Source of the DNA: Ignavibacteriales bacterium
GTDB taxonomy: Bacteria > Bacteroidota > Ignavibacteria > UBA10030
Direction of reading: 5' to 3'
Assembly: GCA_026390585.1 (NCBI GenBank)
Contig: JAPLFP010000358.1
Coordinates: 17,659 to 81,658, forward strand
DNA: 64,000 nucleotides
Position numbers and translations under genes: made by a program. Below are positions 1 to 9,508 of this stretch, piece by piece (positions within the stretch are counted from its first letter, which is position 1; each line of letters opens with the position of its first letter). A model generated the notes under the pieces. That model worked only from the letters and a program-made list of their open reading frames with translations. It searched no databases and had not been told where the DNA came from.

Positions 1-260
1 ACCTCGCTCTTTAGCGTGCCGTACAAGTTGCCGTAGATCTCTTCCCATTCGACAAGCTCGCCAGCCTGGATCCTACGCTCAAATTCCTTACGCGGGAGAA
101 AGAAATAATCTTTTCCGTCGATTTCCGTTTCTCGCCTGGGCCGGGTTGCGGCCGAAACGGAGAACATCATCGCCGGATATTTTTCCAGAATCGCCTTGAC
201 GATGGTTGTCTTTCCCGCGCCACTTGGCGCAGAAACAATAATAAGCTTTCCGAGAGACAT
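1..260 (-). CDS. gmk: guanylate kinase, N-terminal part (C-terminus lies beyond the window start)
   Basis: Not in the ORF track because it runs off the window. My translation of the minus strand from ATG 260..258: [86 protein letters not shown]. It has a P-loop [10 protein letters not shown] and the guanylate-kinase TRPxRxxExdGkDYxF pattern. Confidence 0.9.
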   Translation of the reverse strand, partial: MSLGKLIIVSAPSGAGKTTIVKAILEKYPAMMFSVSAATRPRRETEIDGKDYFFLPRKEFERRIQAGELVEWEEIYGNLYGTLKSE

Positions 261-275
261 TCCGCAAGATTTGTT

Positions 276-359
276 CATTGAACCATTGGATCATTGAATC
301 ATTGAATCATTGAATCGCTGAAACCTGACCAATGAATTAATGAACCGATGATTCAATGG
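276..359. repeat. 8-bp tandem unit array (cattgaat-type, 5 units, 276..315) followed by inverted-type units (331..359) in the yicC-gmk spacer
   Basis: Read directly: cattgaac cattggat cattgaat cattgaat cattgaat, then cgctgaaacctgacc, then aatgaatt aatgaacc gatgattc aatgg. attcaatg (351..358) is the exact reverse complement of the unit. Confidence 0.85.
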
Positions 360-370
360 AAAAATGTCTT

Positions 371-1252
371 TCACTCAATATTCTGCAGCTGTTCCCGGAC
401 TTTCTCGAGTTCTTCCTTCATCTGAACAACAAGATGGGCGATCTCGGAGTCGTTTGTTTTCGACCCAATGGTGTTCGCTTCCCGGTTAATTTCCTGGATG
501 AGGAAGTTCAGCTTGCGGCCGGCCGATTCGGCGCTGGCCATGGCCTCGAGAAAATACTTCGTGTGACTTCGGAACCGGACACACTCTTCAGTGACATCCA
601 GCTTGTCCGCAAGGAGTGCAATTTCCAGCTCGAGGCGGTTTTGATCGACAACGGATTTTTCCTCCATGAGCTGGGAAATGCGCTCGTGCAAACGCTTGCG
701 CTCTTCCGGAATCCGGGCCCGGGACAGCCCCTCAATCTTATCGACGGTGACTGCCATCCACTGAATGCGCCTCTCAAGATCCTTTGCAAGCTCGCTTCCC
801 TCGTTGCGCCGCATCAGATTAAATTCATCGAGCGCCTTGCGTAGCGTGTCCTCGACGACAGGCCACTGTCGCTCGTCGGACTGCTCTTCGCGTGGAACCT
901 CAAAGACCTCAGAGAATTTCAGCAGGTGTTCCAGCCTGACTTTCTCACGAATCTTCGCTGTCTTGCGAAGATCGTTGAGCAACTTGATGTATGCTTTGGC
1001 CGCAGTCTTGTTTACTTTTACAGGCGCTCCTCCGTCGGACTCCTCTTCCAGCGTCACGGAGATCACGAGATTGCCTCTGCTAACACACGAACGGACGATT
1101 TCCTTGATGTCCTTTTCCCTGTGTGAGAGCAGACGAGGGAGGCGTGTTGTGACGTCGAGATATCTGCTGTTTACGCCGCGGACCTCGACCGTTGCAGTAA
1201 TCTCACGCTTGGCAACTTCCGCGCGGCCAAATCCTGTCATGCTAGCAATCAA
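371..1252 (-). CDS. yicC: YicC family stress-induced protein (endoribonuclease YicC-like)
   Basis: 293 aa. N-terminus MIASMTGFGRAEV and C-terminal EINREANTIGSK...EELEKVREQLQNIE are the YicC_N / DUF1732 hallmarks. Sits directly upstream of gmk, a common arrangement. Confidence 0.85.
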   Translation of the reverse strand: MIASMTGFGRAEVAKREITATVEVRGVNSRYLDVTTRLPRLLSHREKDIKEIVRSCVSRGNLVISVTLEEESDGGAPVKVNKTAAKAYIKLLNDLRKTAKIREKVRLEHLLKFSEVFEVPREEQSDERQWPVVEDTLRKALDEFNLMRRNEGSELAKDLERRIQWMAVTVDKIEGLSRARIPEERKRLHERISQLMEEKSVVDQNRLELEIALLADKLDVTEECVRFRSHTKYFLEAMASAESAGRKLNFLIQEINREANTIGSKTNDSEIAHLVVQMKEELEKVREQLQNIE

Positions 1253-1424
1253 AGCTTCTCCCGTCTGTGCTAGTAACTCAAATTCTACTAAAAATACGCA
1301 ATTTTTGGGGGGCGGACAAGAAAAAGTTTGTCACATGGTATCCACACAGTTATCAACACCGTGTTGTCTGGAAATTGATTTTGGGTCGAATTTTGTCAAC
1401 CTTTTCTTGAAGTGTGGACAACGT

Positions 1425-3119
1425 ATGCTCGGCAACTACTACACATTGCGCTCTCTGGCTGTGAATCTCGACGCCTCCTTGGCTGGAGGCAAGATTGAAG
1501 AGGCCTTTTGCCAGAGCAAAAATGAACTCTTGATCACCTGCCGACGCGAGGATGAGCAACGAACCGTTGCAGTCTCGTGCGATCCATCGATGAACTACGT
1601 TTTCCTGCGGGGGCAGACCAATCGGGCGAAGAAAAACTCTGTTGATGTCTTCAAAACGCTCTGTGGCAGAATCATCCGAGCGGTGAGCATCCAGCCCCTT
1701 GACAGGGAGTTGGTCTTCTCGTGCAGTGGTGATGTTCGGTTGCTGGTCAGGATGTACGGCTCAAAAGCAAATGTCCTTCTCGTCGATGAGCGTAACCTGG
1801 TGCTCGATGCATTTCTGAATCCGAAAGATTTTAGGGAAGCCACACTCTCAGGGTCATCTGCAATCCGCTCACAGCCCAAATGGACCATAGGGGAGTTTCA
1901 CGCCCAGTTGCGGGCCATTGGGACAATCCTCCTCTCTGCTGCGCTCAAAAAACTCTTTCCGCTTCTGAACAATACACTTGTTCGTGAACTCTGTCATCGC
2001 TCGCGTCTTGATGAGCGGCAACTTGCCGCAGAGTTGAACGACCAGGACATCGTGAGGCTTTTCGCAGAATGCGAAGACCTGCTGAAAGAGCTGGAGGAAA
2101 CCCCGCGGCCGCGCATCTATTTTCAGAACAACTCACCAACGACGTTCTCGCTGATCCCACTCTATCACCTTCCTCATCCTGAGGTCGAGGAATTCGATTC
2201 CATTCATGACGCCATCAAGGTTTTTGTCGGTGGGACAAGAAAGCAAAAGACGCTGGTCCAGGAGAAAGAGACACTCCTTCATTTTCTGAGACAAGGTGCC
2301 GAGCGTTCAGAGCGAACACTTCAGAAAATGGAACAGGAAACAGAAGCGCTTCAGCGAGCGATGCAGTACGAGCTCGATGGGAAACTCCTCATGTCGAATC
2401 TTGTGCGGTTACAGAAGGGCATGCGCGAGGTGGAGCTCGAAAACATCTATAGCAGTGACAGGAACAGGGTTCTTATTCGCCTCGACCAAAAACTGACGCC
2501 AGCTCAAAACGCGGAGCATTATTTCGACAAATCGAAAAAGGCAAGAGCTGGTGCCGAGGAGAAACTTGGCTACCAAGAAGAAGTACAAGAACGATGGGAG
2601 GTTCTGCGCGAACTGCTGGATCGCGTCACAGACCTGCAGACACACGATCAGTTCGCTGAGTTCACAACAACGAACCGGGAACAACTCAAAAGACTTGGAT
2701 ACAAAGGCGTCATCGGAGCAGAGCGGGAGGCGAAAGAGGAGGCACCGTTTCGCACATTCGTTGTCAGCGGAGGGTTTCAGGTGTGGGTGGGGAAGAATAG
2801 CGAGAACAACGATTTATTGACGCTCAAATATGCCAGGCCGGGTGATTTGTGGTTTCACGCGCGCGGTTCAAGCGGATCACATGTTGTACTGAGAACGGGA
2901 ACCGGAAAGGGAGAACCAAGCAGAAGGGCGCTTGAGGAAGCGGCAAGCATCGCCGCATTCTATAGCAAGATGAAAACCGCGAAACATGTTCCTGTTGCGA
3001 TGGCAGAAAAGAAATACGTCCGAAAACCACGCGGAGCTCCGGCTGGGACGGTGGTCATCGAGCGGGAGAAGCTTTTCTTTGTGAATCCACAGCTGCCTGG
3101 CGGAGCAGATGAACGGTAG
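1425..3119 (+). CDS. NFACT-family protein (RqcH / fibronectin-binding protein A-like, DUF814)
   Basis: Same frame as ORF 765..3119, but the first 660 nt lie antisense to yicC and look non-coding. Start placed at ATG 1425 (MLGNYYTLRSLAVNLDASLAGGKIEEAF, an NFACT-N-like start); ATG 1335 is an alternative. Coiled-coil middle. C-terminal NFACT-R/DUF814 motif DLWFHARGSSGSHVVLR. TAG stop at 3117..3119. Confidence 0.8.
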   Translation: MLGNYYTLRSLAVNLDASLAGGKIEEAFCQSKNELLITCRREDEQRTVAVSCDPSMNYVFLRGQTNRAKKNSVDVFKTLCGRIIRAVSIQPLDRELVFSCSGDVRLLVRMYGSKANVLLVDERNLVLDAFLNPKDFREATLSGSSAIRSQPKWTIGEFHAQLRAIGTILLSAALKKLFPLLNNTLVRELCHRSRLDERQLAAELNDQDIVRLFAECEDLLKELEETPRPRIYFQNNSPTTFSLIPLYHLPHPEVEEFDSIHDAIKVFVGGTRKQKTLVQEKETLLHFLRQGAERSERTLQKMEQETEALQRAMQYELDGKLLMSNLVRLQKGMREVELENIYSSDRNRVLIRLDQKLTPAQNAEHYFDKSKKARAGAEEKLGYQEEVQERWEVLRELLDRVTDLQTHDQFAEFTTTNREQLKRLGYKGVIGAEREAKEEAPFRTFVVSGGFQVWVGKNSENNDLLTLKYARPGDLWFHARGSSGSHVVLRTGTGKGEPSRRALEEAASIAAFYSKMKTAKHVPVAMAEKKYVRKPRGAPAGTVVIEREKLFFVNPQLPGGADER

Positions 3120-3320
3120 ACTTCGTACCGGAGTATCGGTGCTCTCCTTGTGGATGTAAATTCGTGCAAAGTTCACAATGAAGTTGTACCTTATGATTGC
3201 GATGTGCTTGCCCGGGCTGCCGGAGTGCGTTTCGCTTCCCTCGAAAGCGTGCGACGCGGGCAGTCAAGCACCAAAACTTGTGAACAACAGACACTCGGTT
3301 CTAGAGAAGGAGCTTTCATC

Positions 3321-4031
3321 ATGGAACTCGCATGGGTACTAGGCTTCGTCTTCGCAGGGGCTCTGATTTGGGTCGGACTTACGAAGCGCGTTGGAACCAT
3401 GAGGCCGTCATACAGACAGGTGATAGCGGCGGCTGGGTTCCTCCTGTTGCTTGTGATGATTGCACTCTCGCTCGACAAGACCTTTGGATGGTGGAAAAAT
3501 TTTCCCAAAGTGATTGTCGGGATCCTAGGGGTTCTCATTGTTTTTGACCGGTTTCTCCGGATCGCCGTGCTCCCCGGCCGTGGTGGACATACGGTTCTCG
3601 ATTTGGGCAGAATCGGAGGCGCAGAAGTCATCGTCAATATCGTTGTGGCGCTCGCGCTCGCCTGGTACGTGATGAAGGACATCGCGGATGTTATTCAAGC
3701 GCCGGGCTGGAAGTTCGAGAACATCTCTTACCAGATCTTTGGATTATCGATTGCTCTTGCTGTGTTGATCCAGGGCGTGAGTAAGCGGAGGCTTCTTGAA
3801 GGCGGAGTCTTTCTTGGCACGAGCTTCCTGGCGTGGAGCAAGATCGAGAGTTTCGAATGGGAAAAAGCATCAGGGACCGCGACCACACTGGTGCTCAATA
3901 AGCGAACAAAAATTCCGTTCTTCACCTCGGCAAACATTTCAGTGCGACTTGAACACATGAAACAGATTGAAGACATTCTGGGGCAACATAATATTGCCCG
4001 GCAGAGTGAAGATGCAAAGATTGAACCATGA
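3321..4031 (+). CDS. hypothetical multi-pass membrane protein with soluble C-terminal domain
   Basis: ATG 3321 is preceded by agaaggag (3305..3312). Several hydrophobic helices (MELAWVLGFVFAGALIWVGL, AAAGFLLLLVMIALSL, VIVGILGVLIVF, VIVNIVVALALAWYV, IFGLSIALAVLIQGV), then a polar tail. No family recognised. The ORF-track start 3150 is less likely. Confidence 0.55.
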   Translation: MELAWVLGFVFAGALIWVGLTKRVGTMRPSYRQVIAAAGFLLLLVMIALSLDKTFGWWKNFPKVIVGILGVLIVFDRFLRIAVLPGRGGHTVLDLGRIGGAEVIVNIVVALALAWYVMKDIADVIQAPGWKFENISYQIFGLSIALAVLIQGVSKRRLLEGGVFLGTSFLAWSKIESFEWEKASGTATTLVLNKRTKIPFFTSANISVRLEHMKQIEDILGQHNIARQSEDAKIEP

Positions 4032-4151
4032 TGCTTTTGGGACGACGCATCCTCGGAAAACGAACGTTGCTTTTCCCTGTGCTTCTCCGTAGATTCATCA
4101 GATTTCCAATGTTTCAAGAACTACCATCTATTCATTGTCGACGAGGAGTGT

Positions 4152-4757
4152 GTGCAACAAAACACTTTGGCACAACGACAACAGTGTGACCGCGAGGATG
4201 CAGACCTGCTTCGGCGCATCCAGCGGGCTGACCAGCGTGCACTTGCAACCCTGTACGACCGCTATGCACCGGTGTTCTATCCATTTGGCCTGCGCATTAC
4301 AGGATCTCATGAGGTTGCCGAGGATGTTGTGCACGACGTTTTTCTCCATGTGTGGGAGAAGGGAAATTCCTATTCTCCCCAGAGCGGCTCGGTGTACGCG
4401 TGGCTTATCGCCACGTGTAGAACGAAAGCTCTTGAGAAAACGCGCGCAACAAACCAGAAGAGAAAGGGGAGTAATGCCGACGGGTCGCAGCAACAGGCCG
4501 CCATGGTGAGCGAAGAAAAGCAAAGTGGACAGGAAATCATTCTTGCCTTCAAGGGATACACAGAAGAGGTTCGGAATTCTTTGAAAAATCTCTCGAAGCT
4601 CGAGCTCCGTTTGTTGGAGTTGAGCTACTACGAAGGCCAAAGCCAGTCCGATCTTGCTCGGATGCTGAGAATCCCGCTCGGAACTATCAAAGCGAAAATG
4701 CGTCGGGGGATTCAGAAATTGCGCCAGGCATCAGCGCAGGAGGGGAAACAACCGTGA
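4152..4757 (+). CDS. ECF-type RNA polymerase sigma-70 factor
   Basis: Region 2 (VAEDVVHDVFLHVWEK) and region 4 HTH (GQSQSDLARMLRIPLGTIKAKMRRG). GTG start with gaggag just upstream. Confidence 0.85.
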   Translation: MQQNTLAQRQQCDREDADLLRRIQRADQRALATLYDRYAPVFYPFGLRITGSHEVAEDVVHDVFLHVWEKGNSYSPQSGSVYAWLIATCRTKALEKTRATNQKRKGSNADGSQQQAAMVSEEKQSGQEIILAFKGYTEEVRNSLKNLSKLELRLLELSYYEGQSQSDLARMLRIPLGTIKAKMRRGIQKLRQASAQEGKQP

Positions 4758-5578
4758 AAACTGAAGAACGGCACGCCCAACATGAATTGTGCATCCCTTA
4801 CGTGTTTGGCCGCCTGAATCCAGGTAATCGAAAACAATTTGAGGCTCACCTCGAGACGGGATGCGAACAGTGCAAGCGCGAACTGTCTGATCTGTACGAA
4901 GCCACGGCGCTGCTTCCGTTGTTGCTCAAGCAAGAAGCTCCGCCGAGCGGATTGCGTCAGCGCCTTTTCTCAAGGCTCTCAACGAAACGGACAGAGCAGC
5001 CGCGCGGAGCAAAACCAGCCCCAACGCCTCAACGCGAAGCGGTGGAAGCACCGGTTACAAAAGCACCCCCTCACTCCTGGTATCTTTATGCTTCCATGGT
5101 GATGGGGGCTCTCATGATCGTCGGTTTGCTGCTCTTCCTCAATGATCAGCTGCGAACGACGAGTGAACTGGAGAAAAAACTGAGCGATCTGCAGGTTCAG
5201 GTACAGCAGAAGCAGGATATTTTGGGAATTCTCCAGGCTTACAGCGTCGAGATGCTGCAACTGGTAAGTGTGGAAGCGGGTTCAGAAGCATCCGGGAAGA
5301 TATTCTGGGAACCGGAGAAACGTCGCGCCGTGTTACAGGTCGTCAATCTTCCTGCCCAGCCAGTTGACAAGCAGTATCAGTTATGGTTGATGAAAGACAA
5401 GAAGTATTTCCGTGTCAGTGAGTTCGATGTGAATACGGAAAAATCCAATGTGTTCGCGGTGATGACGCTTCCCGTTGGCGACAAGAAGGAGATTGAAGAG
5501 TTTGCCATTACATTGGAGCCGCGGGGAGGAAGCACGCAACCATCGGGTGTGATACAGCTTCGTGGAGCAACAAAATAG
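4754..5578 (+). CDS. anti-sigma factor (zf-HC2-like N-terminus, single TM helix, RskA-like C-terminal domain)
   Basis: GTGA start/stop overlap with the sigma gene (4754..4757). HLETGCEQCK motif. TM helix WYLYASMVMGALMIVGLLLFL. C-terminal KQYQLWLM...ITLEPRGGSTQPSG resembles anti-sigma-K/RskA domains. Confidence 0.75.
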   Translation: MKTEERHAQHELCIPYVFGRLNPGNRKQFEAHLETGCEQCKRELSDLYEATALLPLLLKQEAPPSGLRQRLFSRLSTKRTEQPRGAKPAPTPQREAVEAPVTKAPPHSWYLYASMVMGALMIVGLLLFLNDQLRTTSELEKKLSDLQVQVQQKQDILGILQAYSVEMLQLVSVEAGSEASGKIFWEPEKRRAVLQVVNLPAQPVDKQYQLWLMKDKKYFRVSEFDVNTEKSNVFAVMTLPVGDKKEIEEFAITLEPRGGSTQPSGVIQLRGATK

Positions 5579-5605
5579 ATCAATCGGAACGCGGTACAAA
5601 GCCAA

Positions 5606-5636
5606 AAGGGAGAGCTTAGCTCTCCCTTGTTTGTTT
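5606..5636. terminator. bidirectional rho-independent terminator between convergent genes
   Basis: aagggagagc (5606..5615), tta, gctctccctt (5619..5628): a 10-bp stem. It is followed by tgtttgttt on the plus strand and preceded by ccaaaa (TTTTGG on the minus strand). Confidence 0.65.
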
Positions 5637-5661
5637 CAACCCTCATCGCACATCGTGCAAC

Positions 5662-6888
5662 CTAAGCCAATGAGAGAGCCTGCTCAAAATCGGCAATGAG
5701 ATCCTCAATTCCCTCAATTCCGACAGAAATTCTGATCATTCCCGGTGTCACACCGTGTTGACGGAGTTCAGCGTCAGACATGAAGATATGTGAGGAATAG
5801 ACCGGAATACTGACAAGCGTTTCCACGCCGCCAAGCGACATCGCGTTCACTGCGATTTTGAGATTGTCGCATACGCGCGCGGCCGCCTCAACGGCAGATC
5901 GGCCTTTCGAAGGCTTCACTTCGATGGTGACCATTCCACCATATCCTGACATCTGCTTCTTCGCAAGCTGATGTTTGGAAAACGACAGTAGCCCCGGGTA
6001 AAGAACCTTCTTGATCTTACTGTGTTTCTCGAGTGCCCGGGCAAGCGTCAGGGCATTCTCGTTCTGTTTGTGAACTCGCAGCTCAAACGTCTTCAGGCTG
6101 CGGGTGAGTAAATACGCCGCAAATGGATCAGCACAGCCCCCGTGATACTTTGCCAACCCCTTCACCCGCTTCACAAAATCTGATGCGCCGACAACAAGTC
6201 CGGCAATGATATCACTATGGCCGCCAAGGTATTTCGTTGCGCTCTCGACGATGACGTCTGCGCCCAGTGCGAACGGGTCCTGATTCACAATTGATGCAAA
6301 GGTGTTGTCAACCATTACAGGGATCTTCTTGCCGGACTTTCGTTCAGCGCTCCGCGTGTACTTGACGATCTCGGCGATGTCGACGAGGTCCAGCGTCGGA
6401 TTTGTCGGTGTCTCAACATAGACGATGGTGGTTTTTGGCGTGACGAGTCTTTCGATCTGGTCGAGATGGTCCGGATGTACAAACTTGACGGTGATGCCGT
6501 TGTGCGGCAGCTCGTCGCGGAACCAGCGGTACGTACCGCCGTACAACGCCGCCGTGCTGATGATCTCATCGCCCGGCTTCGTGAAAGTGAGGATCGCGGT
6601 GGTAATTGCCGCCATGCCGGAGGAAAAAAGTGCAGCGGCTTCGCCTCGTTCCATGAGAGCGATTTTTTCCTCGACGTCGTGCACCGTGGGATTATGGTAG
6701 CGCGTGTAAACGTACACCGAGGGATCGCCCTTGGCATAGCGGACAGCATCCTCGGAACTTTCAAACCGATAGGTGGAGGTTTGATAGATCGGTGTCGCTA
6801 CCGGTCCCTTGTAGGCGTAGAGCTTGTTGCCATGAATCGCCCGGGTGGAAAGAGAAGGAGTACCGCCTGATCGTTTTTCCTTTTTCAT
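5662..6888 (-). CDS. Cys/Met-metabolism PLP-dependent enzyme (methionine gamma-lyase / cystathionine gamma-synthase type)
   Basis: 408 aa. PLP-lysine motif ESATKYLGGHSD. N-terminal STRAIHG...PIYQTSTY, typical of the family. Subfamily cannot be resolved by eye. Confidence 0.85.
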   Translation of the reverse strand: MKKEKRSGGTPSLSTRAIHGNKLYAYKGPVATPIYQTSTYRFESSEDAVRYAKGDPSVYVYTRYHNPTVHDVEEKIALMERGEAAALFSSGMAAITTAILTFTKPGDEIISTAALYGGTYRWFRDELPHNGITVKFVHPDHLDQIERLVTPKTTIVYVETPTNPTLDLVDIAEIVKYTRSAERKSGKKIPVMVDNTFASIVNQDPFALGADVIVESATKYLGGHSDIIAGLVVGASDFVKRVKGLAKYHGGCADPFAAYLLTRSLKTFELRVHKQNENALTLARALEKHSKIKKVLYPGLLSFSKHQLAKKQMSGYGGMVTIEVKPSKGRSAVEAAARVCDNLKIAVNAMSLGGVETLVSIPVYSSHIFMSDAELRQHGVTPGMIRISVGIEGIEDLIADFEQALSLA

Positions 6889-6964
6889 ATGTTTTTGTCC
6901 CTAAGAATTTTCATACAGTATCGCCGCGGAAGAATGGAAGCCTCGGCGCAAAAATCAACCAACG

Positions 6965-9436
6965 CTACTTTCCGACAAGCGTTGTTTCGAAAAGCTTCAA
7001 GATGCGTTTGTACTCGTTCATCCAGCTTGTCGGTTCCTTGAAGCCGTGATCTTCAACCGGAAAGACTGCAAGCTCCCAATTGTCCTTCTTCAATTCAATG
7101 AGCCGTTGGACAAGACGCACGGCATCCTGGAAATGAACGTTTTCATCGACCATTCCGTGACAAATCAAGAGCGCACCCTTGAGACCGTTGGCGAAGTAGA
7201 TCGGCGAGCTCTGACGGTATGCAAGAGTGTCGTCTTGGGGTATGTTGAGAATCTCCGATGTGTATCCCTGGTTGTAATGAGCCCAATCGGTGACGGGTCG
7301 AAGGGCCGCACCGGCAGCGAAAACATCGGGAGCGGTGAACAAAGCCATGAGTGTCATGAACCCGCCATACGATCCACCATAGAGCCCGATTCTCTTCGGG
7401 TCGACACCGTGATTCTGAACCAGCCATTTTGCCCCATCAACCTCATCATTGAGATCCTTTCCGCCCATATGGCGATAGACGGCAGTTCTCCAATCCCTCC
7501 CCAATCCGGCGCTGCCACGATAGTCTAGGTCCAGGACAGTGTAGCCCTTATCGGCGAGCAGGTTGTTGAACATATACTCGTGAAAGTATTCACTCCACCA
7601 TTTGTGTGCGTTCTGGAGATAGCCGGCACCGTGTACAAAGATCACCGCGGCCCCGTTGGGATGATCCGGCTTGTAGAGTCGCACAGGGATGGCGGCGCTG
7701 TCGCGCGCCGTGATAGTAAGAATCTCCGGTGCCCGCCAATCATATGCTCGAAATTCCGGCGATGCAGAAAATGTGATTTGCTGAGCCTTCGCGCCGGGCT
7801 TGTTGTCCATCAGATACAACTCGGGCATCTTGTTGCTGAACGAGTAAAGGAGTGCCGCGCGGTCTTCACGTGGAGACAAGGTGACATCGTTCCGTCCCTC
7901 CGTCGTCGTGATGCGTGTTCGCTGGCCGCCTTCGAGCGGCATCGAGTAGAAATGACGCTCTCCATAGTGTACCTCGTTTGAGCTGAAATACCAGCGCTTC
8001 TTATCCTTCGATATCTGTGGACTGTAGACTTCAAATGTTCCTTTTGTAAGCTGGGTTTTGATTTTTCCATCGAGGGTCACAGTATACAAATGTGACCAGC
8101 CATCTTCTTCAGATTGGAAATAGATCCGCCGCGAGTCGGGCATCCAGCCAACACTGGCACCGAAACCGAAACCGCGAATACCGGGTCCGCCGATCCACGC
8201 ATCGTCATGCTGATGCTCTAGCACTGTCGTGAATTTTGCCTTCTCGGCTTCTAGCAGCACAATCCACCGGTCTTTATGGTCGTTGGAAAAGACCTGGGCA
8301 AACGCGTGTTTGCCGTCTTCCGACCAGTATGGCCCATTGAACGAAACAGGCCGTGGCCGCTGTCTCATCCTCACGGTATCCTTGGCAGATTTTGCCGGGA
8401 AGATTCCGGGGATATCATCAACTCTGATCTGCTGAACAGAGTCGAGAGCGATGTTGTAGACGTAGAATTCGTTCACTGACGGCGTCTCGCCGACCTTGGT
8501 GCGTCCGGCGATATCCTCTGTATAGCCGCTCTCAGTGACGTAGTTCGGTACGATGGTTCGCTTGAGATCGGTTGAAGGCTGTGTCATCGTGAAGGTGACG
8601 AACCGTTCATCGGGTGAAAGAAGAAACCCGAAGGCGGATTTCTGTCCAGTGTTGTACTGCTTGGGTCTTTTGAAATCCAGGAGTTCCGACAACTTCTTTT
8701 GTGCATCGCGTTCGGCCTTTCGTTCTCTCAATACCTCAAAGAGCTCCATTTGCTGCTTATCAAGATACTTAGGAGCATCTGCCCTCAAGGCATCTCGCGA
8801 GGCACCTCGTCCCTGGAAGCCTGAAAACTGACCCTCTGCCGCGCCCCTTGGTGAATCCTGCGGCGCGCCACCCCCCTGAATGTTAGTAATCTGCACTTCC
8901 GCGGCCGTCTTCAAATCACGCACGAAGAGATTTCCTGCGCGCTCGAAAACAATCTTCTGCTCATCAGAAGAAAATCTCGGGTTCGATTCAGGTGTTGATG
9001 TGCTGGTCAGTTGAATTTCTTTTTTGGTGCGGATGTCGAGGAGAAAAATGTCTCCGCTTTTGGTGTACAGTTTCTTTGACCAATCCTTGCTATAGACGCC
9101 GGTGCGCCCGGGGAGGTGCTTGCGTTCCTCGATGGTGAGGAGTCGTGGTGTGCCACCCTTGGCGCTGACGACAAAGAGAGAGTCGGGCTCGGCTCCGCGG
9201 CCCCGTGCAGCAGCGGCACCTCCTTGCCCCAGCTCAACATAGAGCGACTCGCCATCTTCTGACCAGAACACGCGCGAAGGCGAAGCCCCCATCCATTGCG
9301 AATCGCGCATGATGGTGTCCACCGTAAGCCAACCACGTGTGGACTTGTTTGGAGTCACCTGCCGGGAAAATGAATCGAGTGACAGAAAAACAACAGCGGA
9401 AAGAATAATGACCGTGTACCGGAGTCCAGACTTCAT
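6965..9436 (-). CDS. S9 family serine peptidase (prolyl oligopeptidase / DPP-like, beta-propeller plus alpha/beta hydrolase)
   Basis: Nucleophile motif LYGGSYGG, later GMVDENV and VEDHGF (Asp/His candidates). Signal-like start MKSGLRYTVIILSAVVFLSL at ATG 9436. The upstream ATG 9472 from the ORF track is also possible. Confidence 0.85.
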   Translation of the reverse strand: MKSGLRYTVIILSAVVFLSLDSFSRQVTPNKSTRGWLTVDTIMRDSQWMGASPSRVFWSEDGESLYVELGQGGAAAARGRGAEPDSLFVVSAKGGTPRLLTIEERKHLPGRTGVYSKDWSKKLYTKSGDIFLLDIRTKKEIQLTSTSTPESNPRFSSDEQKIVFERAGNLFVRDLKTAAEVQITNIQGGGAPQDSPRGAAEGQFSGFQGRGASRDALRADAPKYLDKQQMELFEVLRERKAERDAQKKLSELLDFKRPKQYNTGQKSAFGFLLSPDERFVTFTMTQPSTDLKRTIVPNYVTESGYTEDIAGRTKVGETPSVNEFYVYNIALDSVQQIRVDDIPGIFPAKSAKDTVRMRQRPRPVSFNGPYWSEDGKHAFAQVFSNDHKDRWIVLLEAEKAKFTTVLEHQHDDAWIGGPGIRGFGFGASVGWMPDSRRIYFQSEEDGWSHLYTVTLDGKIKTQLTKGTFEVYSPQISKDKKRWYFSSNEVHYGERHFYSMPLEGGQRTRITTTEGRNDVTLSPREDRAALLYSFSNKMPELYLMDNKPGAKAQQITFSASPEFRAYDWRAPEILTITARDSAAIPVRLYKPDHPNGAAVIFVHGAGYLQNAHKWWSEYFHEYMFNNLLADKGYTVLDLDYRGSAGLGRDWRTAVYRHMGGKDLNDEVDGAKWLVQNHGVDPKRIGLYGGSYGGFMTLMALFTAPDVFAAGAALRPVTDWAHYNQGYTSEILNIPQDDTLAYRQSSPIYFANGLKGALLICHGMVDENVHFQDAVRLVQRLIELKKDNWELAVFPVEDHGFKEPTSWMNEYKRILKLFETTLVGK

Positions 9437-9508
9437 ACGGGGCCAATTTTGAGTAGTGGTTGATAAGAACAATGCGTGTGGAGAAAGTAAAGAAAAGGCG
9501 GCTGGAAT

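Noticed and set aside
88-294. 68-aa minus-strand ORF overlapping gmk
   Set aside because: It is out of frame with the clear guanylate kinase reading frame starting at 260. It starts inside the 8-bp repeat array and its sequence has no recognisable features.
276-359. CRISPR array or other spacer-repeat structure (also considered for 11856..12008 and 22215..22365)
   Set aside because: The repeat units are only 7-8 bp and directly abutting, with no unique spacers of 25-40 bp. No cas genes are present.
765-1424. First 220 codons of the 784-aa ORF 765..3119, which would make a much longer NFACT protein
   Set aside because: This part lies fully antisense to the well-supported yicC gene. It is Ser/Arg-rich with no motif. 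The NFACT-N-like sequence begins only at ATG 1425.
8981-9000. tRNA T-loop-like string gggttcgattc
   Set aside because: It is inside the S9 peptidase coding frame, and there are no flanking acceptor or anticodon stem complementarity. No tRNA, rRNA, tmRNA or RNase P-like sequence was recognised anywhere in the window.
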